Positions 31,996 through 32,000 of a stretch of DNA of 32,000 bases are shown in pieces. This DNA comes from an uncultured Planctomycetia bacterium (GTDB lineage: Bacteria; Omnitrophota; Gorgyraeia; Duberdicusellales; 4484-171). Every line of letters starts with the position of its first letter. The stretch's first letter is position 1. The stretch lies in NCBI GenBank assembly GCA_964536865.1, contig CAZHYN010000001.1:210001-242000 (forward strand), given 5' to 3'. Below the pieces are notes generated by a model. The model ran no database searches, was not told the DNA's origin, and saw nothing but the letters and a program-made list of their open reading frames with translations. The position numbers and the translations under genes were made by a program.

Positions 31996-32000
31996 CCACA

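Overview
Low-GC (about 35% by eye) bacterial chromosome segment. It is almost entirely plus-strand and tightly packed, and looks like a diderm, possibly an uncultivated lineage. All product calls come from motifs read in the supplied translations; no database search was run.

**Layout**
- **1-12668:** a complete-looking type IV pilus / T2SS-like assembly cluster. It holds two tandem PilB/GspE ATPases, PilC, two pilin genes and minor pilins (GspI/PilV-like, PilW/GspJ-like and two PilX-like paralogues). PilM-N-O, a small PilP-position protein, the secretin PilQ and a GspA/ExeA-like AAA+ plus GspB-like pair complete it.
- **12848-20242:** a six-gene, translationally coupled operon. In order: acyl-CoA/AMP ligase, PNP-family phosphorylase, class II aldolase, RND/MMPL transporter, LolA-like protein, DUF1302-like outer-membrane barrel.
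- **20307-21676:** an orphan inverse-autotransporter beta-domain ORF and a secreted Thr/Ser-rich protein.
- **21721-22699:** a Y1/HUH (RAYT / IS200-like) transposase bracketed by about 39-bp palindromic hairpins.
- **22689-27859:** an RNA-modification / radical-SAM operon. In order: rlmN, PflX-like rSAM, flavin reductase, NOL1/NOP2/Sun m5C methyltransferase, B12-binding rSAM.
- **27868-32000:** HU (minus strand), a DPPTF methyltransferase, a TPR protein, and a GH94-like glycoside phosphorylase (minus strand) that runs into the window edge.

No rRNA, tRNA, CRISPR array or recognisable defence system was seen.

**Most unusual signals**
- A GC-rich, hairpin-dense RNA candidate of about 230 nt sits between the two pilin genes, framed by a promoter and a terminator.
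- A 261-bp tract is 100% identical between two otherwise diverged PilX-like genes.
- The RAYT gene is flanked by hairpins whose arms carry the candidate start codons of two genes.
- An inverse-autotransporter barrel ORF has no signal peptide and no passenger.
- The six-gene operon has no assigned function.
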